A stretch of DNA of 64,000 nt from Eledone cirrhosa (Eukaryota): NCBI GenBank assembly GCA_964016885.1, contig OZ024764.1:22010001-22074000 (forward strand), given 5' to 3'. Below the pieces are notes generated by a model. The model made no database searches. It saw nothing but the letters and a program-made list of their open reading frames with translations, and had not been told where the DNA came from. Positions 1 through 12,636 of this stretch are shown piece by piece. Each line of letters begins with the position of its first letter. The first letter of the stretch is position 1. The translations under genes and the position numbers were made by a program.

Positions 1-90
1 CAGGTCCTTTCAGAAGCAACCCACTCCAACTGATCTGGCTGGATCTCCCAGAGAGACCAGCCAAGCTCATGGATGTTATGTGACCGTCTT
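1..90 (-). mobile_element. RTE LINE 3' fragment (paralog of 15036-15125)
   Basis: Near-identical to 15036-15125, which lies in a minus-strand RTE C-terminal remnant. Confidence 0.6.
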
Positions 91-478
91 GAGGTGGTCA
101 TATAGGAGATATGACAAAAAGCACCCAACCCACACTTTAAAGAACACACAGTCAACATTATAAGGTGGTCATGTAGATGTTACGACAAAAAGTACCCAGC
201 CCACACTGTAAAGTGGTCATGTAGGTGACAACAAAAAGAACCCAGCCAAAACTTTAAAGAGGTCTTGTAGGTGTCACAACAAAAAGCACCCATTGCAAAC
301 TGTAAAGTGGTCATGAAGGTGTCACAACAAAAAGTACCCAGTCTACACTATAAAGTGGTTCTGTAGGTGTCACAACAAAAAGTACCCAGTCTACACTATA
401 AAGTGGTTCTGTAGGTGTCACAACAAAAAGTACCCAGTCTACACTATAAAGTGGTTCTGTAGGTGTCACAACAAAAAG
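91..478 (+). repeat. 48-bp SINE-derived minisatellite
   Basis: Unit GTAGGTGTCACAACAAAAAGTACCCAGTCTACACTATAAAGTGGTTCT; 16-aa periodicity in ORF 311..559. Confidence 0.9.
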
Positions 479-665
479 GTTCTTCTCTAAAAATATATAA
501 TTATCTTTTATATTAATGTTAATGATAAAGAATAAATAATATAATAAATATAACACCATAGGTGCTGAGGTGGCTAGCTGCTGGTGTGAGCCTCACGAGA
601 TGGAATGGCTCTTCCAGCACATCTAGAACAACATGACCCTCTAATATCTAGTATTTAGTAACAAA

Positions 666-1066
666 CTAGACCACCCGGGACCTGTTGGGTCACGTTCCCT
701 TAAAACTATTTTTTTTAAATCATGTTCACTTAAAAATAATTTTCAAATAGTTAAAATATAGACATATATATATATAGACACATATGTATATATATATATA
801 CACACACATTTTATTAAACATCACCAACAGCTCTCTCTCTCTCTCTTCCCCTTTCCATCCATCTCCTTTTCAATCCACACTCTCACAACCACTATCTCTT
901 TCTCTCCCTATATTTATCAAGGTACCCAGAAAAGGTATCTTGGGAACTTGTGCTCCAATTTATACAAAACTTGTTTTATTCTTTTCAAAGTATTTCCCCA
1001 TTATGCACTGTTTTAGCTGTATTAAATTAGACAAGACACAATTACAGAGTTTTAGTAGTATATAGA
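666..1066 (-). mobile_element. Non-autonomous Helitron-like element
   Basis: On the minus strand it starts A^TCTATATAC and ends with a short hairpin then CTAG^T; contains internal microsatellites. Confidence 0.7.
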
Positions 1067-1689
1067 TAATATAGCTTCAAATTAAAGTTAGTAAACGACA
1101 GTTTGGAGAAATCTGTAACATTTATTAAACATTGCTCAAGTTTGTCAATTCTATAGCACAATAGTTTGTTAGTTAAAGTGTTTAGTTAGATATTCTACAT
1201 ATAAAGAAGAGAGAATACTTTACCACAAATATTACAGTGGTATAATGATTTTCCCATCTCTTCTGGAAAATATTCCTATGTTGATGTAAATATTTCTATT
1301 GTTCATAATTTTATCAAATGTGATCTTTGTCAATATCCAAATATTTTGAAAACTCCTTTGTAATTATCTAAAGTTTAATCAGAATGTAAAATCATCTTGT
1401 AAATATTCCAGACAGTGAAAAAGGAAAATGTTGTTATTTATCTCAATTCAGAAGAAATATTTCACCATAATTCACCACAGACTAAACAAGTTTATATCAC
1501 TTGAATGTAACATCTTTCTGTTGTCTTTAAAAGACTCTTTTCTGTCAAGTTCATGTGATATTCTGAAATAGTAGAGAAACATTATTAAGATATTTAGAAA
1601 ATAGAGATACAACAGTGAAAACTTTACTACATCTCTATATTAATAGATATAAACCTTACATGGTGACACAAACACTGCAACACTAACTT

Positions 1690-2690
1690 ACAGGAAAACA
1701 CCTAGTTACTTGATCTAGTTACTTCAATCAGGTGAAGAGATAAACTAGATTGACTTCATTCTCATCAGAAAACAGGATAGACAGATGGTTGGGAATATTA
1801 ACTCCTTTACTGGAGAAGGACGTACCACTCAACATAGACTAGATACTAGGTGTAATATCTAGAGGGACTGACAGATACAAGACTATCTGGAGATAGAAGG
1901 GTTGGAGAGTAAAAGATCTCCCTGTTAAATATAACATCTACAGGGACTGTGAGAGGTACAAGACAACCCAGAGAAAGAGGTAGGGACAGTAAAACATCTC
2001 CCTGCTAAATATAAGATCTAGAGGGACTGTGAGAGAGGTACAAGACAACCTAGAGAAAAGGGTAGGGATAATAAAAGATCTTCCTGTTAAATATAAGATC
2101 TAGAAGGACTGTCAGAGAGTTACAAGACAACTTAGAGAAAATGGTAGGGATAGTAAAAGATCTCCCTGTTAAATATAAGATCTAGAGCGACTGTGAGAGA
2201 GGTACAAGACAACCTAGAGAAAAGGGTAGGGACAGTAAAATATCTCCCTGTTAAATATAAGATCTAGAGGGACTGTGAGAGAGGTACAAGACAACCTAGA
2301 GAAAAGGGTAGGGACAGTAAAATATCTCCCTGTTAAATATAAGATCTAGAGGGACTGTGAGAGGCTCAAGACAACCTAGAGAAAAGGGTAGGGACAGTAA
2401 AAGATCTCCCTGTTAAATATAAGATCTAGAGGGACTGTGAGAGAGGTACAAGACAACTTAGAGAAAAGGGTAGGGATAGTAAAAGATCTCCCAGTTAAAT
2501 ATAAATTCAGAGATGTTCTACATGATACATATGATAAGGAGGAGGAGATTGATGGCTCTGACATAGAAGATATCTGGAAGTTTCTTTCAGACAGCCTGTT
2601 GTGAACCACTGATGAGATCTGTAGCTGATGTAAGCTGCCAGCCAGATGAATGTTGCCTTGGTGATGGAATAGTACAGTAGATAGAAGTTG
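1690..2690 (+). mobile_element. Old RTE LINE endonuclease-region fragment
   Basis: Homologous by eye to 5075-5495 (ATTGACTTC...CAACATAG, ...TGGTGATGGAATAGTACAGTAGATAGA). Confidence 0.7.
1853..2510 (+). repeat. 82-bp minisatellite (about 8 units)
   Basis: Unit GATCTAGAGGGACTGTGAGAGAGGTACAAGACAACCTAGAGAAAAGGGTAGGGACAGTAAAAGATCTCCCTGTTAAATATAA; units start at 2261 and 2343. Confidence 0.92.
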
Positions 2691-2884
2691 AAATCTAAAA
2701 GACCTGAAGAGACAGGAGGGGAACAACAATATCAAATGGTCAAAATGGAAGCTAGATATTAGGCTTACAAGTTATTGATTTCTGTTGTTATTGTTAAAAT
2801 CTGTTTAATCTGTGATATTTGAGACAATGTACAGGACAATAGAATTAATATCAATGTCAGACTAGCAACAACAAAAGTTTTCAT

Positions 2885-2890
2885 TTTATT
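2885..2890 (-). terminator. Putative poly(A) signal of ZF1
   Basis: AATAAA followed by U/GU-rich sequence about 265 bp after the stop; conserved at 18598, 33429 and 53997. Confidence 0.6.
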
Positions 2891-3153
2891 GGCAGGTTTA
2901 AATTACAGAAGTTCCCAACCTTTACTAAAAATACAAATATATATCTTACCAGTTAAAGTATAATAAATCAAAGTTTAATGTGAAAAACTTCAATTTACAC
3001 AAAATCTTCAAACACTGCTTCAAAAATGGAAACCTGGTGTTTATGATCCCTGTCATAGGTAAAACCTACAAGGTTAACCCCAGTTTAAGCCAGGATGATG
3101 GATCTACACATTGGTTGTTGTAGTATGATGTAATGAGTTTGATATTGATACAG

Positions 3154-3867
<714 letters not shown>

Positions 3868-4060
3868 TCAATCACCTCAGTTTCTCACATAATTCACAGC
3901 TTAATACTGAGAAATTTAGTTATATTACTAAATCACTTCAAAGTGTTGAGTGTTTTCAAAATTATTTGAAAATGATGGGTAGTGTCTTTCATTAGAAATG
4001 GTTAATGTTGAGGATATGTCTGATGTAACGTGCTCTTTAATGCCAATGTCCTCTGGTATT

Positions 4061-4078
4061 CTGAAATAATAAAAGAAC
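4061..4078 (-). other. Putative splice acceptor of the ZF-coding exon
   Basis: TTCTTTTATTATTTCAG|AATACC, conserved in all four units (19864, 20500, 35284, 50875). Confidence 0.65.
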
Positions 4079-4197
4079 ATTATAAGATACTCAGAAACTT
4101 GTAATACATCAGTACAAATTTCATATAATATTTCTATATTGATAAATGGACTGTAATAAATACTAAGGCCTTCCTTGGTGAAGAATGTGCTGACTAA

Positions 4198-4346
4198 CAT
4201 AGGTTAGTTATTAGTGACATTAGATTAAACTGACTGATAAAATTAGTTATTAGTGACATTAGATTAGACTGACTGATAAAAGTAGTTATTAGTGACATTA
4301 GATTAAACTGACAGATAAAAGTAGTTATTAATTACATCAGATTAAC
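4198..4346 (+). repeat. 39-bp minisatellite (about 3 units)
   Basis: Unit AGTAGTTATTAGTGACATTAGATTAAACTGACTGATAAA. Confidence 0.85.
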
Positions 4347-4549
4347 TCTTTAGTATTCACATTACTCTATATTTACTATTATATTTTCACAGTAAATGCT
4401 TTATCTCTCATAATATCAAATCTATGAGATTTTGATGTTACTTATTTTGAGAACAATACCTTAACATAAGTATAAGTGACCAGTTACGGCCAGTTTGAAC
4501 AGAAAGACACGAGACAATTCTGGCCAGATATGGCCAGTTTATATACTAA

Positions 4550-6960
4550 AGGGTTAAAGAAATTAGGTGTAGAAGAATGGCTTGTGAGAAGCTGTCAGTA
4601 AAGTGTGTTTAGTGAGGAATTGAAGGTACAGGTAGGAGTTCATCATGGTTTAGTTCTTAGCCCACTGTTGTTCATCATAGTTCTCCAAGCCATAACAGAG
4701 AGGTTTAAGACTGGCTGTCTATGGAAACTTCTCTATGTAGATGACCAGCTATAGATATAGAATTTGAAATGGTAAGTTCTGAGAATATACTTAGCCAAAA
4801 CTAAAGTGGTAATGGTTAGGAGAGAAGACCCTGACCCCTTCAGGAAAGTGGCCCTGCTCCATATGTAGAAAAGGAATAAGTAGAGAAACCACAATGACAG
4901 AGACCTAGTTATAATAGCAGGGGACTTCAATGGTCATGTTGGACAGTTCCAGGATGGATATACTGGGGTACATGGTGGTCATGGTTATGGCTCAAGAAAC
5001 GAAGAAAGAGTGAGGCTTCTTGTATTTTGTGATGCAAGTGAACTAAGCATTTGCAACATTTCAAGAAACCTACGAACCACCTAATAACCTACCAAGCAGG
5101 TGAGCACATGAGACAGATTGACTTCTTGCTAGTTAAGTAGCAAGAGAGACAGATGGTGTCAAATACTAAGGCATACCCCAGGGAACAATGTAACCCCCCA
5201 ACATAGGTTAGTCGTTAGTGACATCTCAGTAAGCAAGAGACAAAATGAGACATACAAGAAGGTTTGAAAAAGGAAGGTCTGGAAACTAAAAGACCTGTCA
5301 CTAAAATATAAATATAGGGAAGCCCTTCAAGTTGTGTATGACGAAAAAGAAGACGATTTAGAGTCGTATGACATGGACGATAACATGAATTTCTTACGTG
5401 ACAACTTACTGCAGGCTACTGAAGAAACTTGTGGCTGGAGCAGAGTTCCAACCAGACAGAGGGTGACCTGGTGGTGGAACAGCACGGTAGATAGAGCCAT
5501 TTGAGACAAAAGGCTTGGAAAAATGGTAGGGTTAGAGACCGATTCACAGCCGCTAAGAGAGAAGCTAGATGTCAGGCCTACTTAACATGCAGGGAGGCTG
5601 AGAGTAGAAGGTTTGCCAATGCCCTGCGATGGGGAGATCAGAGATGTGCGGTGATCCACATTGCAAGGCAGTGTGTCAGTGTAAATCAGGATGTTGGTGC
5701 ACTTAGTGCCACTGATTCTCAAAAAAAAGGAGGCCTGGAAATGTCATTATGAGAGACTGATGAATGTGGAGAATGAATAGGAGGGGAGCTACATTCAGTA
5801 GACCTGACAGAAGGACCAGCTATTGAGATTGATGACTATAGGGTCCAATTAAGGAAATGAAAAATGGTAAGTCCGCTGGACTGTTGGGGATAGTTGCTGA
5901 GATGCTGAAGGCATCAAGAGAAGTAGGAATTAAACTGGTTGCATGCATCATTAATCAAGCTATATATGGTGGTGTCATACCCAAAGACTGGTGCAGCAGT
6001 ATTCTCATAAATTGAGGTAAAGGTAAAGGGGATGTTCTGGAGGGGAGTAATTATAGGGGCATAAAACTGATGGATCAGGTTATGAAAGTGACAGAAAGAA
6101 TACTAGCGCAACTTAGAGAAAGAGTCAAACAGATGCCCTTTTCTTAGTGAGACAACTACAAGAGAGGTTCTTAGAGAAGAAAACCACTATACTTAGTTTT
6201 TGTTGACCTAGAGAAGGCCTTTGATAGAATACCCCAATCTGTCATCTGGTGGTCCCTAAGGAAACTAGGTGTAGAGGAATAGTTTGTGAGGACAGTGCAA
6301 GCTATGTACAGAGGTGCTGTCAGTAAAGTGAGGGTAGGCATGGAGTTTAGTGAGGAACAAAACTGTCATTCCATCAGGGAAATGGCCTTGTTCAATATGT
6401 AGAAAAGGAACTGGCATAAATTCTATAATGTACACAATGCAGATCTAGGGTACACAAGAGATGTAGTGGGATAGCAGGCAAACTAACAGGTAGGGAAAAA
6501 TACATATGCAGTAGATGTACAGGGAAATTTGACAGTAGAAGTCGCAGTGATAGACACATTTTTCAAATGCAGGTAGGTTCTATAGAAGTGGTTGACAGCT
6601 TCCGGTATCTACGTGATCAAATTAGCATGGGAGGAGGGTGCCCAGAGGCCATAGTATCTAGAATAAGGACAGGTTGGAAGAAGTTTAGGGAGCTGCTTCC
6701 TCTGTTGACAAAGAAGGGTTTCTCCCTAAGAACGAATGGCTGATGATGTCTACGTGAGATGTGTGATGCTGCATGGTAGTGAGACATGGACAGCAACTGT
6801 GGAGGATATGCAATGGCTGGAGAGAAATGAAGCAAGTATGCTCCGTTGGATGTGCAATGTCAATGTGCACCAACGACCAAGCATAGATGAGTTGAGAGAG
6901 AATGCACAACATGGCCATACCAGTGCATGTGTCTCCTGTGAAACACATCCTTGAGGCTGT
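4550..6960 (+). mobile_element. Decayed RTE-clade LINE (EN and RT fragments, rearranged)
   Basis: IIAGDFNGHVG...GYGSRN (APE endonuclease), FVDLEKAFD (RT) and MLHGSETW...MLRWMC motifs with stops and frameshifts. Confidence 0.88.
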
Positions 6961-7310
6961 CGATCAGCAGTTTTTTTAAGAGCTCAGTTGAGCTGACATC
7001 ATCCTCAATGGTCACACTACACATCCAGTGGATCATAGCTCTGTCATTTCTTCAGAGTCAATTCAGACAGTCAGATAACATGGCCCAGGTCTCGCTGGCA
7101 TGAAACAACACACTTCTCCCACAGGTGTTATAAATCTGCCCCATGGTGTCTAATGGTAGCCATGTCTTGAGGATTAGGAGAAGCTGCCTAAACTTGTTAC
7201 CTGTGGAGTGGCACAGCACGATGGCAGTGAACTTGGCTCCACTTCCAGCTGACATGTCACACAGGTAGCAGAAAGATGTCACCACTTCCAGCTTGTCCTC
7301 ACCAACAGGC
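6950..7310 (-). mobile_element. RTE LINE C-terminal fragment
   Basis: VTSFCYLCD...RSVLFHASETW in ORF 7058..7285. Confidence 0.75.
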
Positions 7311-7444
7311 CTCTAGTTATAAAGGTTATCATTGACCAACACTGACACCCCTCAGGGTAGACTGAACCAACACTTACACCCCCCAGGGTGGACTGAACCA
7401 ACATTTACCACAGGTCTATAAATAACTGTATTACCCTATCATGA

Positions 7445-8602
7445 TACTATAACATTATAAACCTAAAACTCTGTGATTGTGTCTCGTCTGTAATGTAATA
7501 CAGCCAAAACGGGGCATAACGGGAAAATAGTTTGAAAGGAAGTTGACCCTGAAATGGGAATACAAATGGGATAAAATAAGTTTCACGTAAATCAATGCAC
7601 AGGTTCCCGAGATATGGGGTTTTTCTGGAACCTTTATAAATAGAGAAAGATAATGGGTGTGTGTGAGAGAGATAGCTGGTGGTGCTGTTGAACAAAGTTA
7701 TAAAATTAGAACAAGTGACGTGTGTATATATATATATATATATATACACACACAAGAAGTTTAGGGAACTACTACCACTGCTAGCTGCAAAAGGCTTCTC
7801 CCTCTGAATGAAAGGCAGACTGTATGATGCGTGTATCCGAACAGCGATGTTGCATGGTAGTGAGACCTGGGCGCTGAAGGTGGAAGACTTACGTAGATTA
7901 GAGAGAAACGAAGCCTGCATGCTCCGATGGATGTGTAACAGTAATATACGTGAACGACAAAGCATAAATGAATTGAGAGAGAGACTGAGCATAAAAGGAA
8001 TCAAATGCTGCGTGCAGGAGAGGCGGTTACGCTGGTATGGACATGTGATGCGTATGAAGGATGACAGCTGCATAAAAAGGTGCAGAGCACTAGAAGTTGA
8101 TGGAAACCGCGGAGTGGGGAGACCCAAGATGACCTGGGATGAGGTGATAAAAGCCGACCTTACCCAATTACACCTCTCAAAGTCAATGACACACGACCGT
8201 GACTTCTGGCGTCACGCAGTAATACAGGGTACCCGACCTCCCATGGGTACATGCTGAAGCATATAAACAATATGCCCCCCCCCCCCCACCGCAAGGTGGT
8301 CGTGGAGGTGCCACGGCAAAAAAGCACCCAGCCCACACTGTAAAGTGGACGTGTAGGCGCCACGAAAAAGCACCCAGCACTCACTGTAAATGAGGTTGGT
8401 GTTAGGAAGGGCATCCAGCTGTAGAAATCAAGCCAGATCAGTTCCTGTATGAGCAAGGCATGGTCAGCCGACCAGACACTGCCCACAACAGGACAACCCG
8501 TCTAACCCATGCTAGCGTGGAAGAACGGACGTAAAACGGTGATGATGATGATGATGATGATGATGACACACACACACACACATATATATATACACACACA
8601 CA

Positions 8603-8641
<39 letters not shown>

Positions 8642-8747
8642 GGGCCTACTAATTTCATTTTACATTATATACATGTCTGTGTATATTTTAATTATTTAAA
8701 TATTATTTTTAAAGGGAACGTGACGCAACAGGTCACAGGTGTTCTAG
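7445..8747 (+). mobile_element. Helitron-like element (diverged subfamily) interrupted by an RTE insertion
   Basis: Homologous to 666-1066; 3' hairpin GTGAC...GTCAC then CTAG^T at 8744-8747. Confidence 0.65.
7754..8566 (+). mobile_element. Young 5'-truncated RTE LINE with SINE-like 3' UTR and (GAT)n tail
   Basis: Open C-terminal ORF 7808..8257 (MLHGSETW, RRLRWYGHVMR, GRPKMTW); absent from the paralogous site 46950-47070. Confidence 0.9.
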
Positions 8748-8799
8748 TAAGATTATAAATACAAACACACAAAAGATAGAATCTACTCAAACCTTAATA

Positions 8800-9030
8800 T
8801 CAGACCCCAGTAGATTACTGGAACTTTAATTTATCCACTCCGTTAGAATGAAAGACAAAGTTAACTTTGGTGGGATTTGAACTCATAACATAAAGGGTTG
8901 AAATCCCGTCGAGGTTAGCTTTGCCCTTCATCTTTACGAGGTTGATTTAAGATCTTATAATAGTTTCTGATTTAGACACAAGGTCGACAATGTTTGGGGG
9001 GAATAAGTTGATTAAATCAAACACAGTTAC
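8800..9030. mobile_element. SINE fragments (CORE-like)
   Basis: AGAATGAAAGACAAAGTTAACTTTGGTGGGATTTGAACTC plus an oppositely oriented partial copy; similar to 11680-11860. Confidence 0.6.
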
Positions 9031-9146
9031 TGTGAGATCACTTCTTTGATAGTTTGTTTAAAAATAACTGATTCACAATTTACGTATGAAAAGTTGACAA
9101 AGATTTACAAGTGGTGTTATCAATAAATAGGGCCTTCAAAGTAGCA

Positions 9147-9504
9147 GGAAACGACTAGATTTGTAGATAAAGAAGTGGGAGACAGGATTATCGGAGTTTA
9201 GAAGAGCTACACACTTCTCCAGTTGGCTGGGAAATAATTATCTTTCCTTATTTTTATTTCTCGACCTCTTAGATGTTTGCAATCGACTTTTCTTCCTGAA
9301 AACGGAAACCCTAACCCTAATACTGTGGAATAAAACGTCTATTGCAAGTATCTAAGGGGTTCAGAGAAAATATTGAAAAGGGGTCTAGAAAAAAATCTAA
9401 GAAAAATAATTATTTCCCACCCAACGTGAGGTGTGAGTAGATCTGTGAAACTACATCTCTTCGTATACTTTCACCCTACTTTTTCTACAAATCTAGTCGT
9501 TTCC
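9147..9504. mobile_element. Palindromic MITE
   Basis: Perfect 21-bp TIR GGAAACGACTAGATTTGTAGA; imperfect arms extend inward. Confidence 0.8.
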
Positions 9505-10030
9505 GTGAGGGTACCTGGTTATTTCAGCCCCTTAGACTCACCTTACCAAGGTGTCAGGTGATACCCGTCAGGGTACCTGGTTATTTCAGCCCCTTAGCCT
9601 CACCTTACCGAGGTGTCAGGTGATACCCGTGAGGGTACCTGGTTATTTCAACACCTTAGCCTCACCTTACTGAGGTACCAGGTGATACCCGTGGGGTACC
9701 TGGTTATTTCAACACCTTAGTAATGCTGCCAGTGTGTTGGCTTGCCTCAAAGTGTGTAGTTAACCCCTAAGGTGTGAGGTGTGGCCTATTATCACACCTG
9801 GTGGTCAATTGCCATCTCCCACTGTGTTTTTCTTTCCTTTATCATTATTGTTCAATAAATTATATTATTATACACAGTTTAGACAATATATTTGTAATGT
9901 CTTTCTCAAGGAATTGCCAGCAATTTCTAATGTTATTTACACACTTATGTTATTTATGTATATATTTAAAACATATTTACAACGTTATTCTACTGTAAAT
10001 TTATACAATTGTAATAAAATATATTAATTA
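9503..10030 (+). mobile_element. Old CRE-like retroelement 3' end with 62-bp minisatellite
   Basis: Repeat encodes TEVSGDTREGTWLFQHLSL, then NAASVLACL; 3' UTR resembles 36990-37200. Confidence 0.7.
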
Positions 10031-10252
10031 TATCATCACATAATATAAAAACGACCTTTAGAATATTTAAATATTTAGTTTTGTTAATTTATTTTTCAGC
10101 AACAACAAAAGTTTTCACTTTAATTAATTAGAGGTAGGTAAAATATAGATAATTACGATAACATTTTATATTTCCAGTAATGAAACAAACAAGAAAATAT
10201 ATATTTGTGATGTGAAAAGTGAGCTTAAATCTAGAATATTAATAGACATAAT

Positions 10253-10390
10253 ACTTACATTATAGTCTCAGGTGTTTAGTATTGACAGAAATGTTTTCTA
10301 AATGATGTTGTAGGAAGACTAACACGTGGACAGGAAGTCGACAACTGCACCACTGCGCATGCTTCAATGTTTTTTTGTGACGTAAAATAT
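10253..10390 (-). promoter_or_regulatory. Putative promoter and non-coding exon 1 of ZF1
   Basis: TGCGCATGC (NRF1-like, 10354), CAGGAAGT (ETS, 10331), CACGTG (10323); donor GTAAGT at 10253-10258; conserved in 3 units. Confidence 0.65.
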
Positions 10391-10462
10391 TTTTACCGAA
10401 TTAAATTATGTAAAGTTTGTAATAAAAAAATGAAGTTGAAATCAGTAAATGTAATTAAAATA

Positions 10463-10740
10463 AAACAGCTAAGTACTCTTACAGAGATCACCGGGTACTT
10501 CGGTAAGATCGGGTCATGTGGAGGCTAAACCGCCAGAACAGCTAAGTACCCTGACAGAGATCACCGGGTATCTCAGTAAAATCATGTCATGGAGGCTAAA
10601 CCACCCAAACAGCTAAGTACCCTCACAAGAGTCATCGGGTACTTCGGTAAAGCCAGCCGCCAACAGTGACAACAACTTCGTTGTCAGCAGCCCAGCTTCT
10701 CAAACATCACAGACTGGAATAAATACTTTGCCGATAATTA
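10463..10740 (-). mobile_element. CRE-like C-terminal fragment with about 72-bp tandem repeats
   Basis: Minus strand reads KYLFQSV...LLTTKLLSLLAA; AACAGCTAAGTAC recurs at 10464, 10537 and 10608. Confidence 0.6.
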
Positions 10741-10879
10741 CTGGTAGTTTAACTTTTATTTCGTTCGTCTACAGAAGCAGTGACCCTCACTTTTACTACA
10801 GCATGTAGGATGGAGACGAAAACATCACTAACTGGGGTCTCACAAATGTGACAGTTAGTTTTGAAAATACATATACAAG

Positions 10880-11290
10880 ATACAAGATAAATGACTAGAC
10901 TGAAATATATTTGATAGGGAATAAAGAGTAGAATATTCTAGTCTTGTGGTGTTGGAGAAGTTTGGAGGAGATAGGTCCCTGACAACGAGGTTCTTGTTAT
11001 CGTTGGCAGCTCTCCTTACCGAGGTGTCAGGTGATACATATGAGGGTGTTTGGTAGTTCCAACATCTTAGCCTTGCTAACACTCGAGGTAAGACTGTCTC
11101 AGAAAGTATTAGAGGGAGACTCCGGCACCCCATGTGATGTGAGACTGATTGACAGAGTGTTGACTTAATATTTTCATTTGTTGTGATTCTATGTGAAATA
11201 TATCTCTATGTAAGTAACTTGGTTACGTGAATCATTGTGAATCTCGTAAATACTTAAACAGAAATCTACTTAGGACACAAAATAAAGTAG
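10880..11290 (+). mobile_element. CRE-like retroelement 3' fragment
   Basis: VVLEKFGGDRSLTTRFLLSLAALLTEVSGDTYEGVW*FQHLSLANTRG matches the C-terminus of ORF 21663..22196. Confidence 0.72.
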
Positions 11291-11424
11291 ATTCCATTGA
11301 ACAAAGTATTTAAAGGACGTATATCAAAAAGAAGGGGGGATGTAACGAGAGTTGTCTCCCCTTACATATGTAATACAGTAGTGTATGTTTGTGTGTTTCT
11401 CTCTCTCTATATATATATTTTTTA

Positions 11425-11630
11425 TGATCGACTTTTTGTCAAATCGAACCGAGGAAACATATTTCCATTGGTCTTTCCAATTGCTAATACTATCTATCGG
11501 TCGCAACTCCAGGTAGAAGGAGCAACGTGAAATAAAATGTCTTGCTCAAGGACATAACGCACCGCCCAGTCTGAGAATCGAACTCACAATTCCGAATCCA
11601 ATTCTCTAACCACTCAGCCACACGCCTTCA
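11425..11630 (-). mobile_element. tRNA-derived SINE
   Basis: B-box-like GAGTTCGATTC on the minus strand; TGTCTTGCTCAAGGACA core. Confidence 0.7.
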
Positions 11631-11679
11631 TATATATATATGAAACAGATCTCGTTTTTTTACAAAAACAATATAAAAT

Positions 11680-11860
11680 AATTGTTTCTACTTTAGGCAC
11701 AAGGCCAGCAATTACCAGTGCATTACTGTTACTTTATTTTATCGACCCCGTAAGGATGAAAGGCAAAGTCAACCTCGGCGGGATTTGAACTCAGATGGTA
11801 AAGGGACGTAACTATGCTGGAAAGCATGGCGTCCGACCCTCTACCGATACTACCAATCCA
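11680..11860 (-). mobile_element. CORE-like tRNA SINE
   Basis: ATCGACCCCG...AAGGATGAAAGGCAAAGTCAACCTCGGCGGGATTTGAACTC. Confidence 0.7.
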
Positions 11861-12636
11861 CCGTAAAATAATAGAAGGTGGAGAAGTTAAAACAGCTCAA
11901 CATACAGTAATTTATTATAATAAACACTACAAAAGACTGTCTCATACTTCTTTGAAAGATGTTTTCAAACAAACACGTGCACAAAATCCTATTGTGTTAA
12001 AAGTAATAATTACGTATGAAACAAATTATTCATTAAAGTAATTAGCAAATACGTTTTTATATATGGTGTCTAGCAAGGGGACCCACTCGCCTCACTCCTA
12101 TTGGTGCTGACAGTTAACAACATGGTCTAGACACCCCTGTCTGGTACCTAGATGACACAACCCTGGGTGGCCCGGCTGAGACAGGTTAAGGCCTCTCTAT
12201 ACCCCAGTATATTACAGTCCAACATAACTGGGATGACATCAATTGTAGGTAGGTCTCTTCACACCGGTCACCATTGAGACCTCAGAAGTACTTGGACCCC
12301 ATACTGCCAAGCTCCTCTGTAAGATCAGAACGTTGGTGGCTCTTCTGAAGAGGGAGCCCCATGAGGTTGGAGTGGCTGTTGCAGTGGGTGTCACTGTCCA
12401 TCGCCCGGGCGAATACTTTTGCAGTCTTATCCACAGGGCGCAGCACTTCTGCCCCTTGACCTAGACCCAAAGCTCAATTATTTGCTTGTTGCTGAATTGT
12501 GGGTACTTTCGTATTTAGTTCTTTTATGACCCTTCTTTGAAATGTAGTCTTTGTCTCATGTGGTAACCTCCTGGTAGTTAATGTAGCAGAACACACTGAA
12601 GGACATGCTGCCCTCCCTAGTGTTGGTAACCTACAA

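Noticed and set aside
91-478. CRISPR-like regular repeats (48, 82, 39 and 62 bp arrays)
   Set aside because: No unique spacers, no cas genes and a eukaryotic context; these are minisatellites
3928-4200. Conserved MLVSTFFTKEG... ORF upstream of each ZF
   Set aside because: It spans antisense RTE sequence and the splice acceptor, its length varies (73/90 aa), and the conservation reflects recent duplication
9305-9322. Interstitial telomere
   Set aside because: Only about 2 CCCTAA units, inside a MITE
11560-11630. tRNA gene
   Set aside because: B-box-like motif only, attached to a SINE core; no full cloverleaf seen
12060-12630. Moderately GC-rich segment, possible retroelement remnant
   Set aside because: No motif I could recognise reliably
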